Below the pieces are notes generated by a model. It did no database searches, had not been told where the DNA came from, and saw only the letters and a list, made by a program, of their open reading frames with translations. Made by a program: the position numbers and the translations under genes. 64,000 nt of DNA from positions 39,340 through 103,339 of the forward strand of contig JBEBRW010000010.1 of NCBI GenBank assembly GCA_040394635.1, in the 5' to 3' direction. Below are positions 35,872 to 45,820 of this stretch, piece by piece; within the stretch, counting starts at the first letter, position 1, and every line of letters begins with the position of its first letter. The stretch is from Victivallis vadensis. Lineage in GTDB: Bacteria; Verrucomicrobiota; Lentisphaeria; Victivallales; Victivallaceae.

Positions 35872-37665
35872 TTAGCTTTCCTTATTTGCGGTATGCTTCT
35901 CCGGCAGCACGACTTTCAGATGCAGTTCCCTGAGCTGCTTCGGCGTCACTTCCGCCGGGGCATTCATCATCAGGTCCTGCGCCTGCTGGTTGAACGGGAA
36001 CGCGATCACTTCGCGGATATTCGGTTCTTCGGCCAGCAGCATCACGATGCGGTCGACGCCGGGGGCGATCCCGCCGTGCGGCGGCGCGCCCAGGCGGAAC
36101 GCACTGATCATGCCGCCGAATTTGTCGTCCACCACGCTTTTGTCGTAACCGGCGATTTCAAACGCCTTGTACATGACTTCCGGCTGGTGGTTACGAATCG
36201 CGCCGCTGGAGAGCTCGATGCCGTTGCAGACGATATCGTACTGATAAGCCAGGATGTCCAGCGGATCTTTGTTCAACAGCGCGTCCATGCCGCCCTGCGG
36301 CATCGAGAACGGGTTGTGACTGAAGCCGACTGCGCCGGTTTCCTCGTCCGCTTCGAACATCGGGAAATCGACGATCCAGCAGAATTTGAAGCTGTTTTTG
36401 TCAATCAGTTCCAACTGACGGCCAAGCTCGGGGATGACCGCGCCGCCGATGCGTTCGACCATCTTTTCCTTGTCCGCCAGGAAGAACATGGCGTCGCCGT
36501 CCTTCACACCGCCGAGAGCTTTGAGCTTGTCGAGCTGCTCGCGCTGCATGAATTTGACGATCGGGCTCTTTTCTTCGCTGCCGGTCCAGATGATATAGGC
36601 CATGCCCTTGGCGCCGTTTTCCTGCGCATATTTGATCATGTCGTCGAAGAACTTACGCGACTTTTCGGCAACCTGCGGCACCTTGATGCCGCGCACCACG
36701 CCGCCCTTGGCCACCACGTCGGCAAAGGCTTTGAATTCGCAATTGGCGAAAACATCGCTTACGTCGATCATTTCCAACGGGTTGCGCAGGTCCGGCTTGT
36801 CGCTGCCGAAGCGGCGCATGGATTCGCGGTACGGAATCCGCGGGAACGGCAGGTCGTCGATCTGCTTTTTGCTGAATTCAACGAAAATCGAGTGCATCAG
36901 ACCTTCGACCAGCTGGAAAATGTCTTCCTGTTCGACAAAGCTCATTTCCATGTCGAGCTGGTAAAACTCGCCCGGCGAACGGTCCGCCCGGGCGTCTTCG
37001 TCGCGGAAGCACGGCGCGATCTGGAAGTAACGGTCGAAACCGGAGACCATCAGCAGCTGCTTGAACTGCTGCGGAGCCTGCGGCAGCGCATAGAATTTGC
37101 CGGGATGCAGACGGCTCGGGACCAGATAGTCGCGGGCGCCTTCCGGTGAACTCGCGGTCAGGATCGGGGTCTGGAATTCATGAAATCCTTTTTCCCACAT
37201 GTATTTGCGCATGGCGGAAATCACATTGGAGCGCAGGATGATATTTTTCTGCAGTTTGTCGCGGCGGAGGTCGAGGAAGCGGTATTTGAGGCGCATGGAT
37301 TCCGGGGCCTGGTCGTCCTTGGCCACCTGAAACGGAATCACGTCGGCCTCGCCGAGGACTTCCATATCGTCGGCCACCAGTTCGAGTTCGCCGGTCGCGA
37401 TCTTGGGGTTGATGTTCTCGGCGCTGCGCTCGACGATCTGGCCGCGGAACGCGATTACGCTTTCCACCCGCCAGCGTTCCAGCGACTGGTAAAACGCCTT
37501 TTCCGGATTGATCACCACCTGAGTGATTCCGTAATGGTCGCGCAAATCGATAAAGATCACGCCGCCATGGTCGCGCACACTGTGCACCCAACCGGCAAGT
37601 TTAACAATTTCACCGACATTGCTCTTGCGCAATTCTCCGCATGTATGGGTCCTGAATTTACTCAT
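35872..37665 (-). CDS. aspS: Aspartate--tRNA ligase
   Basis: N-terminus MSKFRTHTCGELR..VKLAGWVHSVRDHGGVIFIDLRD, FQTPILT, and class II motif 3 GGIAPGVDRIVMLL. 597 aa. Confidence 0.95.
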   Translation of the reverse strand: MSKFRTHTCGELRKSNVGEIVKLAGWVHSVRDHGGVIFIDLRDHYGITQVVINPEKAFYQSLERWRVESVIAFRGQIVERSAENINPKIATGELELVADDMEVLGEADVIPFQVAKDDQAPESMRLKYRFLDLRRDKLQKNIILRSNVISAMRKYMWEKGFHEFQTPILTASSPEGARDYLVPSRLHPGKFYALPQAPQQFKQLLMVSGFDRYFQIAPCFRDEDARADRSPGEFYQLDMEMSFVEQEDIFQLVEGLMHSIFVEFSKKQIDDLPFPRIPYRESMRRFGSDKPDLRNPLEMIDVSDVFANCEFKAFADVVAKGGVVRGIKVPQVAEKSRKFFDDMIKYAQENGAKGMAYIIWTGSEEKSPIVKFMQREQLDKLKALGGVKDGDAMFFLADKEKMVERIGGAVIPELGRQLELIDKNSFKFCWIVDFPMFEADEETGAVGFSHNPFSMPQGGMDALLNKDPLDILAYQYDIVCNGIELSSGAIRNHQPEVMYKAFEIAGYDKSVVDDKFGGMISAFRLGAPPHGGIAPGVDRIVMLLAEEPNIREVIAFPFNQQAQDLMMNAPAEVTPKQLRELHLKVVLPEKHTANKES

Positions 37666-37782
37666 AAAACGATCTTTCCTGAAAAATTTAAGGTTCGGAT
37701 ATTAATAACTCTTTAAAATAGCATAACTTGCGAAAAATGCACATCGCAAACGATATTTTTTCAAGAAATCTTAGGCTCCATG

Positions 37783-37819
37783 AACAAAAGCAGACCCGCC
37801 ATCGAAAAACGACAGCGGG
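37783..37819 (-). terminator. Strand-specific terminator hairpin after the aminotransferase gene
   Basis: The minus-strand RNA reads CCCGCUGUCG-UUUUU-CGAUGGCGGG, a 10-bp stem that includes two G-U pairs, followed by UCUGCUUUUGUU. Confidence 0.55.
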
Positions 37820-37841
37820 CCTGCCTGGGTGGGCTGACTGA

Positions 37842-39170
37842 TCAGGCTTTGCAGTGACGCTTGCGGATTTTGGCCGCAGCGTTCTTGATGCCTTCAACCA
37901 TGGCTTCGACATCGGCGTCGGTGAGGCGCGGATGCATCGGCAAATTGGTTTCGCGCTTGTAGAAGAAGTCATTGGCAATCGGACACTGATTCTGGTCGTA
38001 ACCGAGTTTCTTCAGCGCAGTGAAGTGATAACTCGGCTGGTAGTGCAGGATCGTCTGGATCCCTTCTTCCTGGTACAGCACCCGCATGAAATCGTCGCGG
38101 CTGCCGCCGAGTTCCTTCTCGTTCACGCAGACCGTGTAGAGGTGGAACACATGGTTGTAGCCTTCCGGCTCGTACACGGTTTCGATTCCCTTGACATCCT
38201 GCAGACCGGCGGTGATCTTGTGGCCGATTTCGCGGCGCTTGGCGGTGAGCATATCGAGTTTGTCGAGCTGGGCGCAGCCGACCGCGGCCTGGATTTCGTT
38301 CATACGGTAGTTGTTGCCCCAGTGGCCGTTCCAGTTCTGCACGTCGAAGTGAGCCGGCATCCAGTAGTCGCAAACGGATTCCTTCTTGCAGTTGATCTTG
38401 TCGCCGAACTGCCATTCTTTGGCGCCGCCTTCGCTCCAGGAGTGGTTGTTGTTCATGCAGCGCAGGTTCTGGATGGCGTGGGTGTAGGCGTCGTTGTTGG
38501 TGGTGAGCATGCCGCCTTCGCCGCAGGTGGTGATGTTTTTCAGCGAATGGAACGAGAACGCGCCGATGTCGCCGATGCTGCCCGCCATGCGGCCCTTGTA
38601 CGAGGCGCCGGTGGCGTGGGCGCAGTCTTCAAGGACCAGCAGCCCGTGCTTCTTCGCGAGCTCCATGATCGGGTCCATATCGACCATCAGACCGGCGTAG
38701 TGAACCACGTAAATGGCTTTGGTTTTGGAAGTGATTTTTTGGGCCACTTCGGCGGGGTCGATGTTGAAGGTGCGTGGATCGATGTCGGCGTAAACCGGTA
38801 TGCCGCCTTCCTTCAGGATGACCAGCGAAGTCGCCCAGAACGTGTTCGGGGTCACGATGACTTCGTCGCCCTTTTTGATGTCGAAAACCTGGGTGACCAC
38901 GTGCATGCCGGTGGTGCAGTTCGAGCAGGCGAACGCGTGTTTCACGCCGTGCGATTTGGCGAATTTGTTCTGGAATTCCTGGGTTTTCGGACCCATGGTC
39001 AGCGAATCCTGCTTCATGGCCGCAAACGCCGCGTCGCGCTCGGCGTCGTCGTAGATGCTGCCCATGAAGGAATACGGAACTTTGAGCTTGACGCCGTCCG
39101 CAGTCGCATAGGAACTGGTGATGCCGCCTTCGGTTTCCCCGCCGGTGAAATGTTTCTTGTCGAGAGCCAT
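37842..39170 (-). CDS. DegT/DnrJ/EryC1/StrS-family PLP-dependent aminotransferase
   Basis: SFHSLKNITTCGEGGML (PLP lysine region). The ATG at 39170 lies 9 nt after GGAGG. Confidence 0.9.
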   Translation of the reverse strand: MALDKKHFTGGETEGGITSSYATADGVKLKVPYSFMGSIYDDAERDAAFAAMKQDSLTMGPKTQEFQNKFAKSHGVKHAFACSNCTTGMHVVTQVFDIKKGDEVIVTPNTFWATSLVILKEGGIPVYADIDPRTFNIDPAEVAQKITSKTKAIYVVHYAGLMVDMDPIMELAKKHGLLVLEDCAHATGASYKGRMAGSIGDIGAFSFHSLKNITTCGEGGMLTTNNDAYTHAIQNLRCMNNNHSWSEGGAKEWQFGDKINCKKESVCDYWMPAHFDVQNWNGHWGNNYRMNEIQAAVGCAQLDKLDMLTAKRREIGHKITAGLQDVKGIETVYEPEGYNHVFHLYTVCVNEKELGGSRDDFMRVLYQEEGIQTILHYQPSYHFTALKKLGYDQNQCPIANDFFYKRETNLPMHPRLTDADVEAMVEGIKNAAAKIRKRHCKA

Positions 39171-39247
39171 AGTGAGTACCTCCAAATATTGATTGGTTTG
39201 TTCGAAGTTTGATTTTATGAGCGGCTTATGCGCCGCGGGAAGTTATG

Positions 39248-40339
39248 TCAATTATCCCAGGGATAATAAATGGTTTTGAGCTTGCCGCCGTCCATGGCGG
39301 ACTCCGCCGCGTAGATGCCGGGCAGCGTCATGCGCAGGCTCTCTTTCAGGGGGACCGGCGAGACCTTCGCGCCCGACCGGAGCGCCTCGATAAAGGTGTT
39401 CCACAGGTAATTATCCGCCCCGCCGTGGCCGAAACTCAGGCCGATGCCATGGGGCATGAACCCGACCGGCAGCTCCGTCAGCGTTTTCATACCGTAAATC
39501 TTGTTGGAATTGACAAATGTTTTCGCGCTTTGGCTGCCGCGCGCCGACAGATGCTCGAAATACCCCTCGGTACCGAATACCCGGTACGAATGATTTCCGC
39601 AGCCGGCGTTGTTGATGAACGAAACCGTCAGGCGCGCCACCACATCGGACTCTGTCCGGAAATGCGCCGTCATCAGGTCATTTGCACCCTCGAAATCCGT
39701 GACATGGCTGCCGGTGTTCAAGCAGGAAACCTCGCGCAGATCCTCATCCAGAATACTCAGCAGCGGCCCAAGCGAATGCGTGCAGTAACGGATCGGCTGA
39801 TAGGCTTTGCGCCACGGCGTTTCCTCCCACAGGCTCCGGATGTCATGAATATATTCGGCTTCCAGATAAAAGGGTTTGCCGAGCGCGCCTTGCCGGTGAA
39901 AATCCTGCATCGCCAGGACGAAACCCCATCCCAGCGTAGTGGCCCCGGTCATCAACAGCGCCTTCGACTCGAGGTGCAGCTCCCAGAGCATCTGCGCCTC
40001 TTCAACACTGCTGACCGTGGGAATGTCCGAGAAAACATGGATGCCCCTGCGCAGCGCCTTGGCACAGAATTCGGCATGGCAATCCGCCGGAGTTTCGACC
40101 ATGACGATATCGAGTTTGGCTTCTTCCAGCATCCGGTCGTAGTCTTCATAAAATTTCACATCGGGCATGGTTTTGACCATGGCCTCCTCGCCGCGCGCCT
40201 CGTGCGCCTCCAGCCACAGCGCCGGATTGATATCGCACGCCGCCACCGGCTCCAGCTCCTTGAAGGCACCGGCAGCGCCCCTGAACATCGCCCGTCCGCG
40301 GTGCCCGAGCCCGACCACTCCAAACCTGAATTTCTTCAT
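39248..40339 (-). CDS. Gfo/Idh/MocA-family NAD(P)-dependent oxidoreductase
   Basis: N-terminal Rossmann motif FGVVGLGHRG. 363 aa. Confidence 0.85.
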   Translation of the reverse strand: MKKFRFGVVGLGHRGRAMFRGAAGAFKELEPVAACDINPALWLEAHEARGEEAMVKTMPDVKFYEDYDRMLEEAKLDIVMVETPADCHAEFCAKALRRGIHVFSDIPTVSSVEEAQMLWELHLESKALLMTGATTLGWGFVLAMQDFHRQGALGKPFYLEAEYIHDIRSLWEETPWRKAYQPIRYCTHSLGPLLSILDEDLREVSCLNTGSHVTDFEGANDLMTAHFRTESDVVARLTVSFINNAGCGNHSYRVFGTEGYFEHLSARGSQSAKTFVNSNKIYGMKTLTELPVGFMPHGIGLSFGHGGADNYLWNTFIEALRSGAKVSPVPLKESLRMTLPGIYAAESAMDGGKLKTIYYPWDN

Positions 40340-40352
40340 ATCCCTGAATTCC

Positions 40353-41204
40353 TTACAGTGACAATATTTTAAGTTCGGTCACACCGTTATGCACAATGCG
40401 CTTGCCGCTCTTCCGTGCCTCATCGGCCTTGCAGATGGCGTCGCCGATCGCGGCGGCGGCGTTTTCCACGAACTCGCCTTCGATCTTCGCACCGAGCTCG
40501 GCGGAAGCTTTCTGCGGATAACCCATCACGCCGATCTTCACATCCGTACGCTGCGAGGTATTGACGATCTCCTGCTTCAAATCCGTGAAGGACTCCAGAT
40601 GCTGGTAGCTGTCCGGATTGGAACGCAGGCGCTCGGCCACTTCTGGCTCATCCAGCACAATTTCCTCGCGCACCACTTCCGGGCACCAATGCAGCAGCAG
40701 TGACGTTTCCACCTGCGCCGCGTGATAATCCTGCTGCCGGAAAAGTTCCGTCCAGGTGGGCGAAAAATCCCAGATCGGCAGCATCAGAATCAAATCGTCG
40801 TGCAGTGCCGGATTCAGCCATTTCAAGATCCGCAGCGACTCTTTCAGGTGAAACATGCTCTCGCTGCCGCCGTGACCCGGGATGATGATGAAGTTGCGGA
40901 ACCCCTGCAGGCTCAGCGATTCGATGATCTCCCCGACCAGGTTCGAAAACGTATTCGGCTTCACGTTGATCGTCCCCGGCAGCATTCCGCCGGAAAACGT
41001 GTAGTTGAGCACCGGCGCGATCAGGCAGTCCAGCCGTTTTGCCAGGGCCAGCGAGGAATACTCCGCATTGCGGATATCCACGTCCAGCGGCAGGTGATAA
41101 CCGTGCTGCTCGCACAAAGCGTAGGGTATGATCACGGTCTGCTTCGTTTTCAGATATTCCTGAACGTCTTTCACGGTCAGGTGCCGCATTTCATGGCTTT
41201 TCAT
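40353..41204 (-). CDS. Creatininase-family amidohydrolase
   Basis: CEQHGYHLPLDVD motif. The ATG at 41204 lies 9 nt after AAGGAG. Confidence 0.8.
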   Translation of the reverse strand: MKSHEMRHLTVKDVQEYLKTKQTVIIPYALCEQHGYHLPLDVDIRNAEYSSLALAKRLDCLIAPVLNYTFSGGMLPGTINVKPNTFSNLVGEIIESLSLQGFRNFIIIPGHGGSESMFHLKESLRILKWLNPALHDDLILMLPIWDFSPTWTELFRQQDYHAAQVETSLLLHWCPEVVREEIVLDEPEVAERLRSNPDSYQHLESFTDLKQEIVNTSQRTDVKIGVMGYPQKASAELGAKIEGEFVENAAAAIGDAICKADEARKSGKRIVHNGVTELKILSL

Positions 41205-41282
41205 ATGGATAAACTCCTTGCATTTTTTAGCATCTGCCATGATTATATTGTTTTTTTTGAAAAAATCAAGACTTTTTTACTT

Positions 41283-41317
41283 ATAAATGTTGATTTTTCA
41301 TGCATTTATATTATAAT
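41283..41317 (+). promoter_or_regulatory. AT-rich palindrome (TATAAATG-N13-CATTTATA) overlapping a TTGATT-16-TATAAT candidate promoter
   Basis: Read by eye in the divergent region between the creatininase operon and the ROK regulator gene. Confidence 0.35.
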
Positions 41318-41362
41318 TATGATACGATAGCGAATTATAAATAGCATTCAAGGACATCAAAA

Positions 41363-42529
41363 ATGAGCAGAAAAGAACATTTGCGTTCTGAAATCATCAA
41401 CATATTCCTGATGAGCGGCTCGATCGGCCGCCCGGATTTGATCCAGCGGACCGGGGCCCGCGCCGCCACCGTATTAAAAGTCATCGACGAATTGAAGGCG
41501 GAGGGCATCATCACCGAACCCGACCGCACCGGCCTGAAAACCGGCCGCCGCGCCCCCTTGCTCCAACTGAACAGCGATCACCTCTGGACGCTCGGAATCG
41601 ATTTTCAGACCGACCGGATCATCGGGGCCCTCGTCAACCTGAAAGGCGAAATCATCGATTCCGTGGAGAAACCCGCCCGGCAGCGCGGCACCCCCGCCAC
41701 CTGCTGCGAGGAAATCCGCGAAGTCGTCAACCAGCTGAAACAGCAGAACGCCGGCGACTGGGACAAAGTCAAGGGAATCGGGTTCGCCGACCCCGGACTG
41801 GTGGACAGCGAAAACGGCATTTCGCTGCGCGCGGTCAATATCCCCGGCTGGGAAAACGTCAAAACCGGCAAATGGCTGAGCACCGAATTCCGCTGCAGCG
41901 CCGTCATCTGGCCGGAATGCATGGTGAAAACCTATATGGAATACCTGACCCGCTACACCGCCGCGCCGCCGGAAAGCCTGTTCCACATCAGCCTCGGCGA
42001 AGGAATCGGCGGCGGCTTCATCAAATACGGCGAATGTTTCATCGGGGCCAACAACCGCGCCATGGAAATCGGCCACGTGATCGTGGCGCCGGAGGGCCCG
42101 CTGTGCCAGTGCGGCAACCGCGGCTGCCTCGAGGCCCTGGCCGGTTTCAACGGCATCAAACGCAAAGTCAAGGAAGTCATCAACAGCGGCGTCGACACCG
42201 AACTCTCGCTCAACGACTTCACGCTGCAGCGCTTCGTGGAGTGCTCGCGCCGCGACAAAGCCGCCCGGATCATCGCCGGCGAAATCTGCACCAGCATCGG
42301 CACCGCGCTCGCCACCGTGGTCACGCTGCTGAACCCCTCAATGATCGTCCTGAGCGGCGAAACCGCCGCCCTCGGCGAATTGCTGCGCAACGACATCCGG
42401 CGCATCCTGAACTCCAGCTGTTTTGGCGGCTCGGTGGAAAAACTGCAGATCGAATTCTCGATCCTAGACCCGCAAGCCACCGCCCGCGGCGCCGCCATCC
42501 TCATGCGCAATAAACTACTGCAGTCTTGA
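41363..42529 (+). CDS. ROK-family transcriptional regulator (NagC/XylR-like)
   Basis: N-terminal winged-helix region (RPDLIQRTGARAATVLKVIDELKAEGII) and the ROK zinc motif CQCGNRGCLE. Confidence 0.85.
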   Translation: MSRKEHLRSEIINIFLMSGSIGRPDLIQRTGARAATVLKVIDELKAEGIITEPDRTGLKTGRRAPLLQLNSDHLWTLGIDFQTDRIIGALVNLKGEIIDSVEKPARQRGTPATCCEEIREVVNQLKQQNAGDWDKVKGIGFADPGLVDSENGISLRAVNIPGWENVKTGKWLSTEFRCSAVIWPECMVKTYMEYLTRYTAAPPESLFHISLGEGIGGGFIKYGECFIGANNRAMEIGHVIVAPEGPLCQCGNRGCLEALAGFNGIKRKVKEVINSGVDTELSLNDFTLQRFVECSRRDKAARIIAGEICTSIGTALATVVTLLNPSMIVLSGETAALGELLRNDIRRILNSSCFGGSVEKLQIEFSILDPQATARGAAILMRNKLLQS

Positions 42530-42583
42530 CATATCTCCCAAAATGTGTTAATTTTACGAATAACAAAATCAGGAGATCAAACC

Positions 42584-43192
42584 ATGAAAATCCTTCCCGT
42601 CATCCTGCTCCTCCTCGCCTTTGCTCCGGTCCGCGCGGAAGAGGTAAAAATCATCTTCAAGAACATCACCAAAACCGATAGCGAGATCCGAACGGTAACT
42701 TCAATCAAAACAGTTGGAGATAAAAAAGTTACGGAAGAGATAAAGAAAAAGTACAACACGTTTGGTTTTCTGTTCATACTGTACAATAACAGCACCAAGC
42801 CGCTTACCCTGCCCACGAAGTTCACGTCAGCCACCTATGGCGCCGAGACCCACGACAAGGGTGCGCCCAAGTATCTTACTTTATCCCACATGAACTTCAC
42901 CCATCAAGCGGTCGCTGAACAGAATATTCCTGCATTCGTCCTGGTTTATCCGGATTCGGATTATTCTCCGGTCGTAGTAAAGCCCGGGGAAGGAACGATG
43001 GTGGGTTACACAATGAATTTATCCGAAGAGCAACTGCAGCCCGGAGACACTGTCATCATCAAATACGAACCGAATACTTGCAATAACCGCTATGAGTTCT
43101 GGCAAGGCAAAGCCATTTCACCGGCATTCGTTTATCAAGAAAAAAAGACACCTCTCTCTCTTTCTCTCACCACGGATAGCCCCGGTAAATAA
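42584..43192 (+). CDS. Secreted hypothetical protein
   Basis: The ATG at 42584 follows AGGAGA. Signal peptide MKILPVILLLLAFAPVRAEE. Confidence 0.65.
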   Translation: MKILPVILLLLAFAPVRAEEVKIIFKNITKTDSEIRTVTSIKTVGDKKVTEEIKKKYNTFGFLFILYNNSTKPLTLPTKFTSATYGAETHDKGAPKYLTLSHMNFTHQAVAEQNIPAFVLVYPDSDYSPVVVKPGEGTMVGYTMNLSEEQLQPGDTVIIKYEPNTCNNRYEFWQGKAISPAFVYQEKKTPLSLSLTTDSPGK

Positions 43193-43240
43193 TCATGAGT
43201 GAAACTGAACAACAGAAACTACTGCGAAGAAGCCCTGCAA

Positions 43241-43933
43241 TCATTTGCCAAATGCTTTTGCAATCAAAGCAACCGATATCACAACCGGAGCAAGCGCAAT
43301 GGTCACTCCGGCGCCCGCAATAAAGACGGGCACATCCACCGCAAAACCCACGACCATCAAAGGCGCAAGAAGCCAGCTGGATGCGGATTTTTCGCTCCTG
43401 ACGTATATTGCGCCATGAAGAGACTCTCCACAGCACATTGACTGGACCAGCGGATGAGAGAATCTTCTTTTTGGCGTTACTCGTTTCGCATCGGATAAAT
43501 CAATCGGCTCGGTACAAACGCGACCATAAAAATTGGCCCATGCCAGTTGGATTTTCTTCCATTTTTCATCGAATGCATATTCCTCGGACTCCAAAGGCTC
43601 CTCTGATTCTTCGCTCAATACATACTCCACGGAGTCCGGAGCCAGGACAACCAGCACATACCGCCCGGAATACCCCTGTTCTGTTATTTTATTGCGCGGA
43701 TGCATAGCCACGGCGTACCAATCAGGAGAATCGGTATAAGCAACTTCTGCGGCGTAGACATAATAAGTATCCTCTACCCGATATAAGACATTATCTTTGA
43801 TATAAGCGCCATCGGCATAATACTTAACATTGCCAATCGAGTAGGCACATTCTCCGAACCGGGTGAAAAAGCATCCCGGGGTCAGAAGCAGCGTGATTAT
43901 GCAGAAGCATGAAAGTAGCGAATTTTTAATCAT
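43241..43933 (-). CDS. Lipoprotein with C-terminal hydrophobic segments
   Basis: Lipobox LLLTPGC. C-terminal TM-like segment LLAPLMVVGFAVDVPVFIAGAGVTIALAPVVISVALI. Confidence 0.65.
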   Translation of the reverse strand: MIKNSLLSCFCIITLLLTPGCFFTRFGECAYSIGNVKYYADGAYIKDNVLYRVEDTYYVYAAEVAYTDSPDWYAVAMHPRNKITEQGYSGRYVLVVLAPDSVEYVLSEESEEPLESEEYAFDEKWKKIQLAWANFYGRVCTEPIDLSDAKRVTPKRRFSHPLVQSMCCGESLHGAIYVRSEKSASSWLLAPLMVVGFAVDVPVFIAGAGVTIALAPVVISVALIAKAFGK

Positions 43934-44038
43934 TTTTAATCATATAATTATTAGCATCTATTTAATTATACTGCCGGGCTCGGTAAATTGCAAAGCTGGA
44001 ACAGACAAAATTCGAGATTTGGTGATCGGCAAGAGTGA

Positions 44039-44153
44039 TTTTGATAGGACGAATGGGACGTACAGGACATATAGGAGACGACTGGCAAGCTCAAAAACTT
44101 GTTCGTGTTGCCTGACTCGTCCGACTTGTCCGACCTGTCCGACTTGTCCGGGT
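44039..44153 (+). repeat. Full intergenic element: GGAC-periodic left arm plus 41-nt spacer plus four GTCCGAC 9-mers
   Basis: The left arm tttgataggacgaatgggacgtacaggacatatagga is near-identical to 49244..49280. The right arm is cgtccgact tgtccgacc tgtccgact tgtccgggt. Confidence 0.85.
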
Positions 44154-44259
44154 TCCGGTTAGCCACTCCCAAATCGCGAAATTTTTTGCCTGCGAACTTG
44201 TTAATTCGCCCCCCTCGTGCTAACTTACTGGAAATACAAACATGCAAAGGTGAATAACT

Positions 44260-44832
44260 ATGATAATCAGATCCATAATCGCTTTGGGACTGGCGTTGCT
44301 TGCGAGCGGCTGTGCCCGGATTGTTTCGGTGGCGGAAGCGTTGCAGCAGCCGGTCGACGGCAAAGTATACCTCGGCTGCAACATCTGGTATCAGGACCCC
44401 AATGATATTTCCAGCGTCAATTACCAGAAAGGCGGCCGTTTCATCCGCTTCGGCACCGAGATTGAAGTGGTGGAAGCCGATGAATGCAAGATCGTTTTCA
44501 AGGATACCGGCGGCAATCAGTACACGATTAAATACGACCGCGATATGATGATGCTGCCGATTCAGGACTACATCCGCCAGGTCTTCACACTGAAAAGCAA
44601 GGCCGAGCTCACCAAAGACATGGAGCCGGAATTCCTCGACGCCATCGAGCGCGGCGTGATCATCCGCGGCATGACCCGCGCGGAAGCCAGGATGGCCTGC
44701 GGTCCGCCGCCCGCGTTCCGCACGCCGGACCAGCTGAACAGCACCTGGGTTTATTTTCTGGAAAAAAATATGACCTACCGGGTGATTTTCAGCGGAACTC
44801 AAGTCGAAATGATCATGAATATCAACGATTAG
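44260..44832 (+). CDS. Lipoprotein with a BamE/SmpA-like C-terminal region
   Basis: Lipobox LLASGC, plus [14 protein letters not shown]. The opposite-strand ORF 43966..44895 is an antisense artefact. Confidence 0.7.
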   Translation: MIIRSIIALGLALLASGCARIVSVAEALQQPVDGKVYLGCNIWYQDPNDISSVNYQKGGRFIRFGTEIEVVEADECKIVFKDTGGNQYTIKYDRDMMMLPIQDYIRQVFTLKSKAELTKDMEPEFLDAIERGVIIRGMTRAEARMACGPPPAFRTPDQLNSTWVYFLEKNMTYRVIFSGTQVEMIMNIND

Positions 44833-44851
44833 GCATAACAGGGAGCCCGTC

Positions 44852-45820
44852 ATGTCGAGAAAAACAATACTAGTCACCGGCGGCAGCGGTTTCATCGGTT
44901 CGCATCTGTGCGAACGCTTGCTGAAAGACGATCACGACGTCATTTGCGTGGATAATTTTTTCACCGGTTCCAAAGACAATATCCGGCACCTGATGAACCA
45001 CCCGAATTTCGAGCTGATCCGGCACGATATCACCTGGCCGCTGTATGCGGAGGTCAATGCCATTTACAACCTCGCCTGCCCCGCCTCGCCGGTTCATTAC
45101 CAGTGGGACCCGGTCCAGACGACCAAGACCTGTATCATCGGCGCGGTCAATATGCTCGGCATCGCCAAACGGCTGCGGATTCCGATCCTGCAAGCCTCGA
45201 CCTCCGAAGTTTACGGCGATCCCCTCGAACACCCGCAGACCGAGACCTACTGGGGCAATGTGAACCCCATCGGCATCCGGAGCTGTTACGACGAGGGCAA
45301 GCGCTGCGCCGAAACGCTGTTTTTCGACTATCACCGCCAGCTGAATACCAAAATCAAGGTGGTGCGGATTTTCAACACCTACGGACCGCGGATGCGTCCC
45401 GACGACGGCCGGGTGGTCAGCAATTTCATCGTCCAGGCGCTGAAGGGCGAGGACATTACCATTTACGGCAGCGGCGAGCAGACCCGCAGTTTCTGCTATG
45501 TGGCGGACCTGATCGAAGGGCTGATCCGGATGATGAATACCCCCGACGAAGTAACCGGACCGATCAACCTCGGCAACCCCGGCGAATTCACCATGCTCGA
45601 GCTGGCCAATCTGATTCTGGAACTGACCGGTTCCAAATCCAAGCTGGTATTCAAGGAACTTCCGGCCGACGATCCGGTGAAGCGCCGCCCGGACATCACC
45701 CGCGCCCGCCAGACACTGGACTGGGAACCAACCATCAAACTGCGCGACGGGCTCGAAAGGACCATCCGTTATTTCGATGCCCATCTGAAGGGTGATCATG
45801 CTTCAGCCGTGCTTCAGTGA
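44852..45820 (+). CDS. UDP-glucuronate decarboxylase (UDP-xylose synthase)
   Basis: [39 protein letters not shown]. Confidence 0.9.
   Translation: MSRKTILVTGGSGFIGSHLCERLLKDDHDVICVDNFFTGSKDNIRHLMNHPNFELIRHDITWPLYAEVNAIYNLACPASPVHYQWDPVQTTKTCIIGAVNMLGIAKRLRIPILQASTSEVYGDPLEHPQTETYWGNVNPIGIRSCYDEGKRCAETLFFDYHRQLNTKIKVVRIFNTYGPRMRPDDGRVVSNFIVQALKGEDITIYGSGEQTRSFCYVADLIEGLIRMMNTPDEVTGPINLGNPGEFTMLELANLILELTGSKSKLVFKELPADDPVKRRPDITRARQTLDWEPTIKLRDGLERTIRYFDAHLKGDHASAVLQ

Noticed and set aside
43863-44162. Short ORFs translating the GTCCGAC arrays (PTCPTCPTCP here; SDLSDPSDLSE at 49212..49406; SDKSDRSDKSDE within 43966..44895)
   Set aside because: The repeats are open in several frames by construction, have no RBS, and are intergenic. 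I treat them as DNA/RNA-level elements.
43966-44895. 309-aa minus-strand ORF
   Set aside because: It is antisense to a convincing lipoprotein gene (44260..44832, with lipobox and RBS) and runs through the intergenic repeat. Its composition is His/Arg/Gly/Ala-rich.
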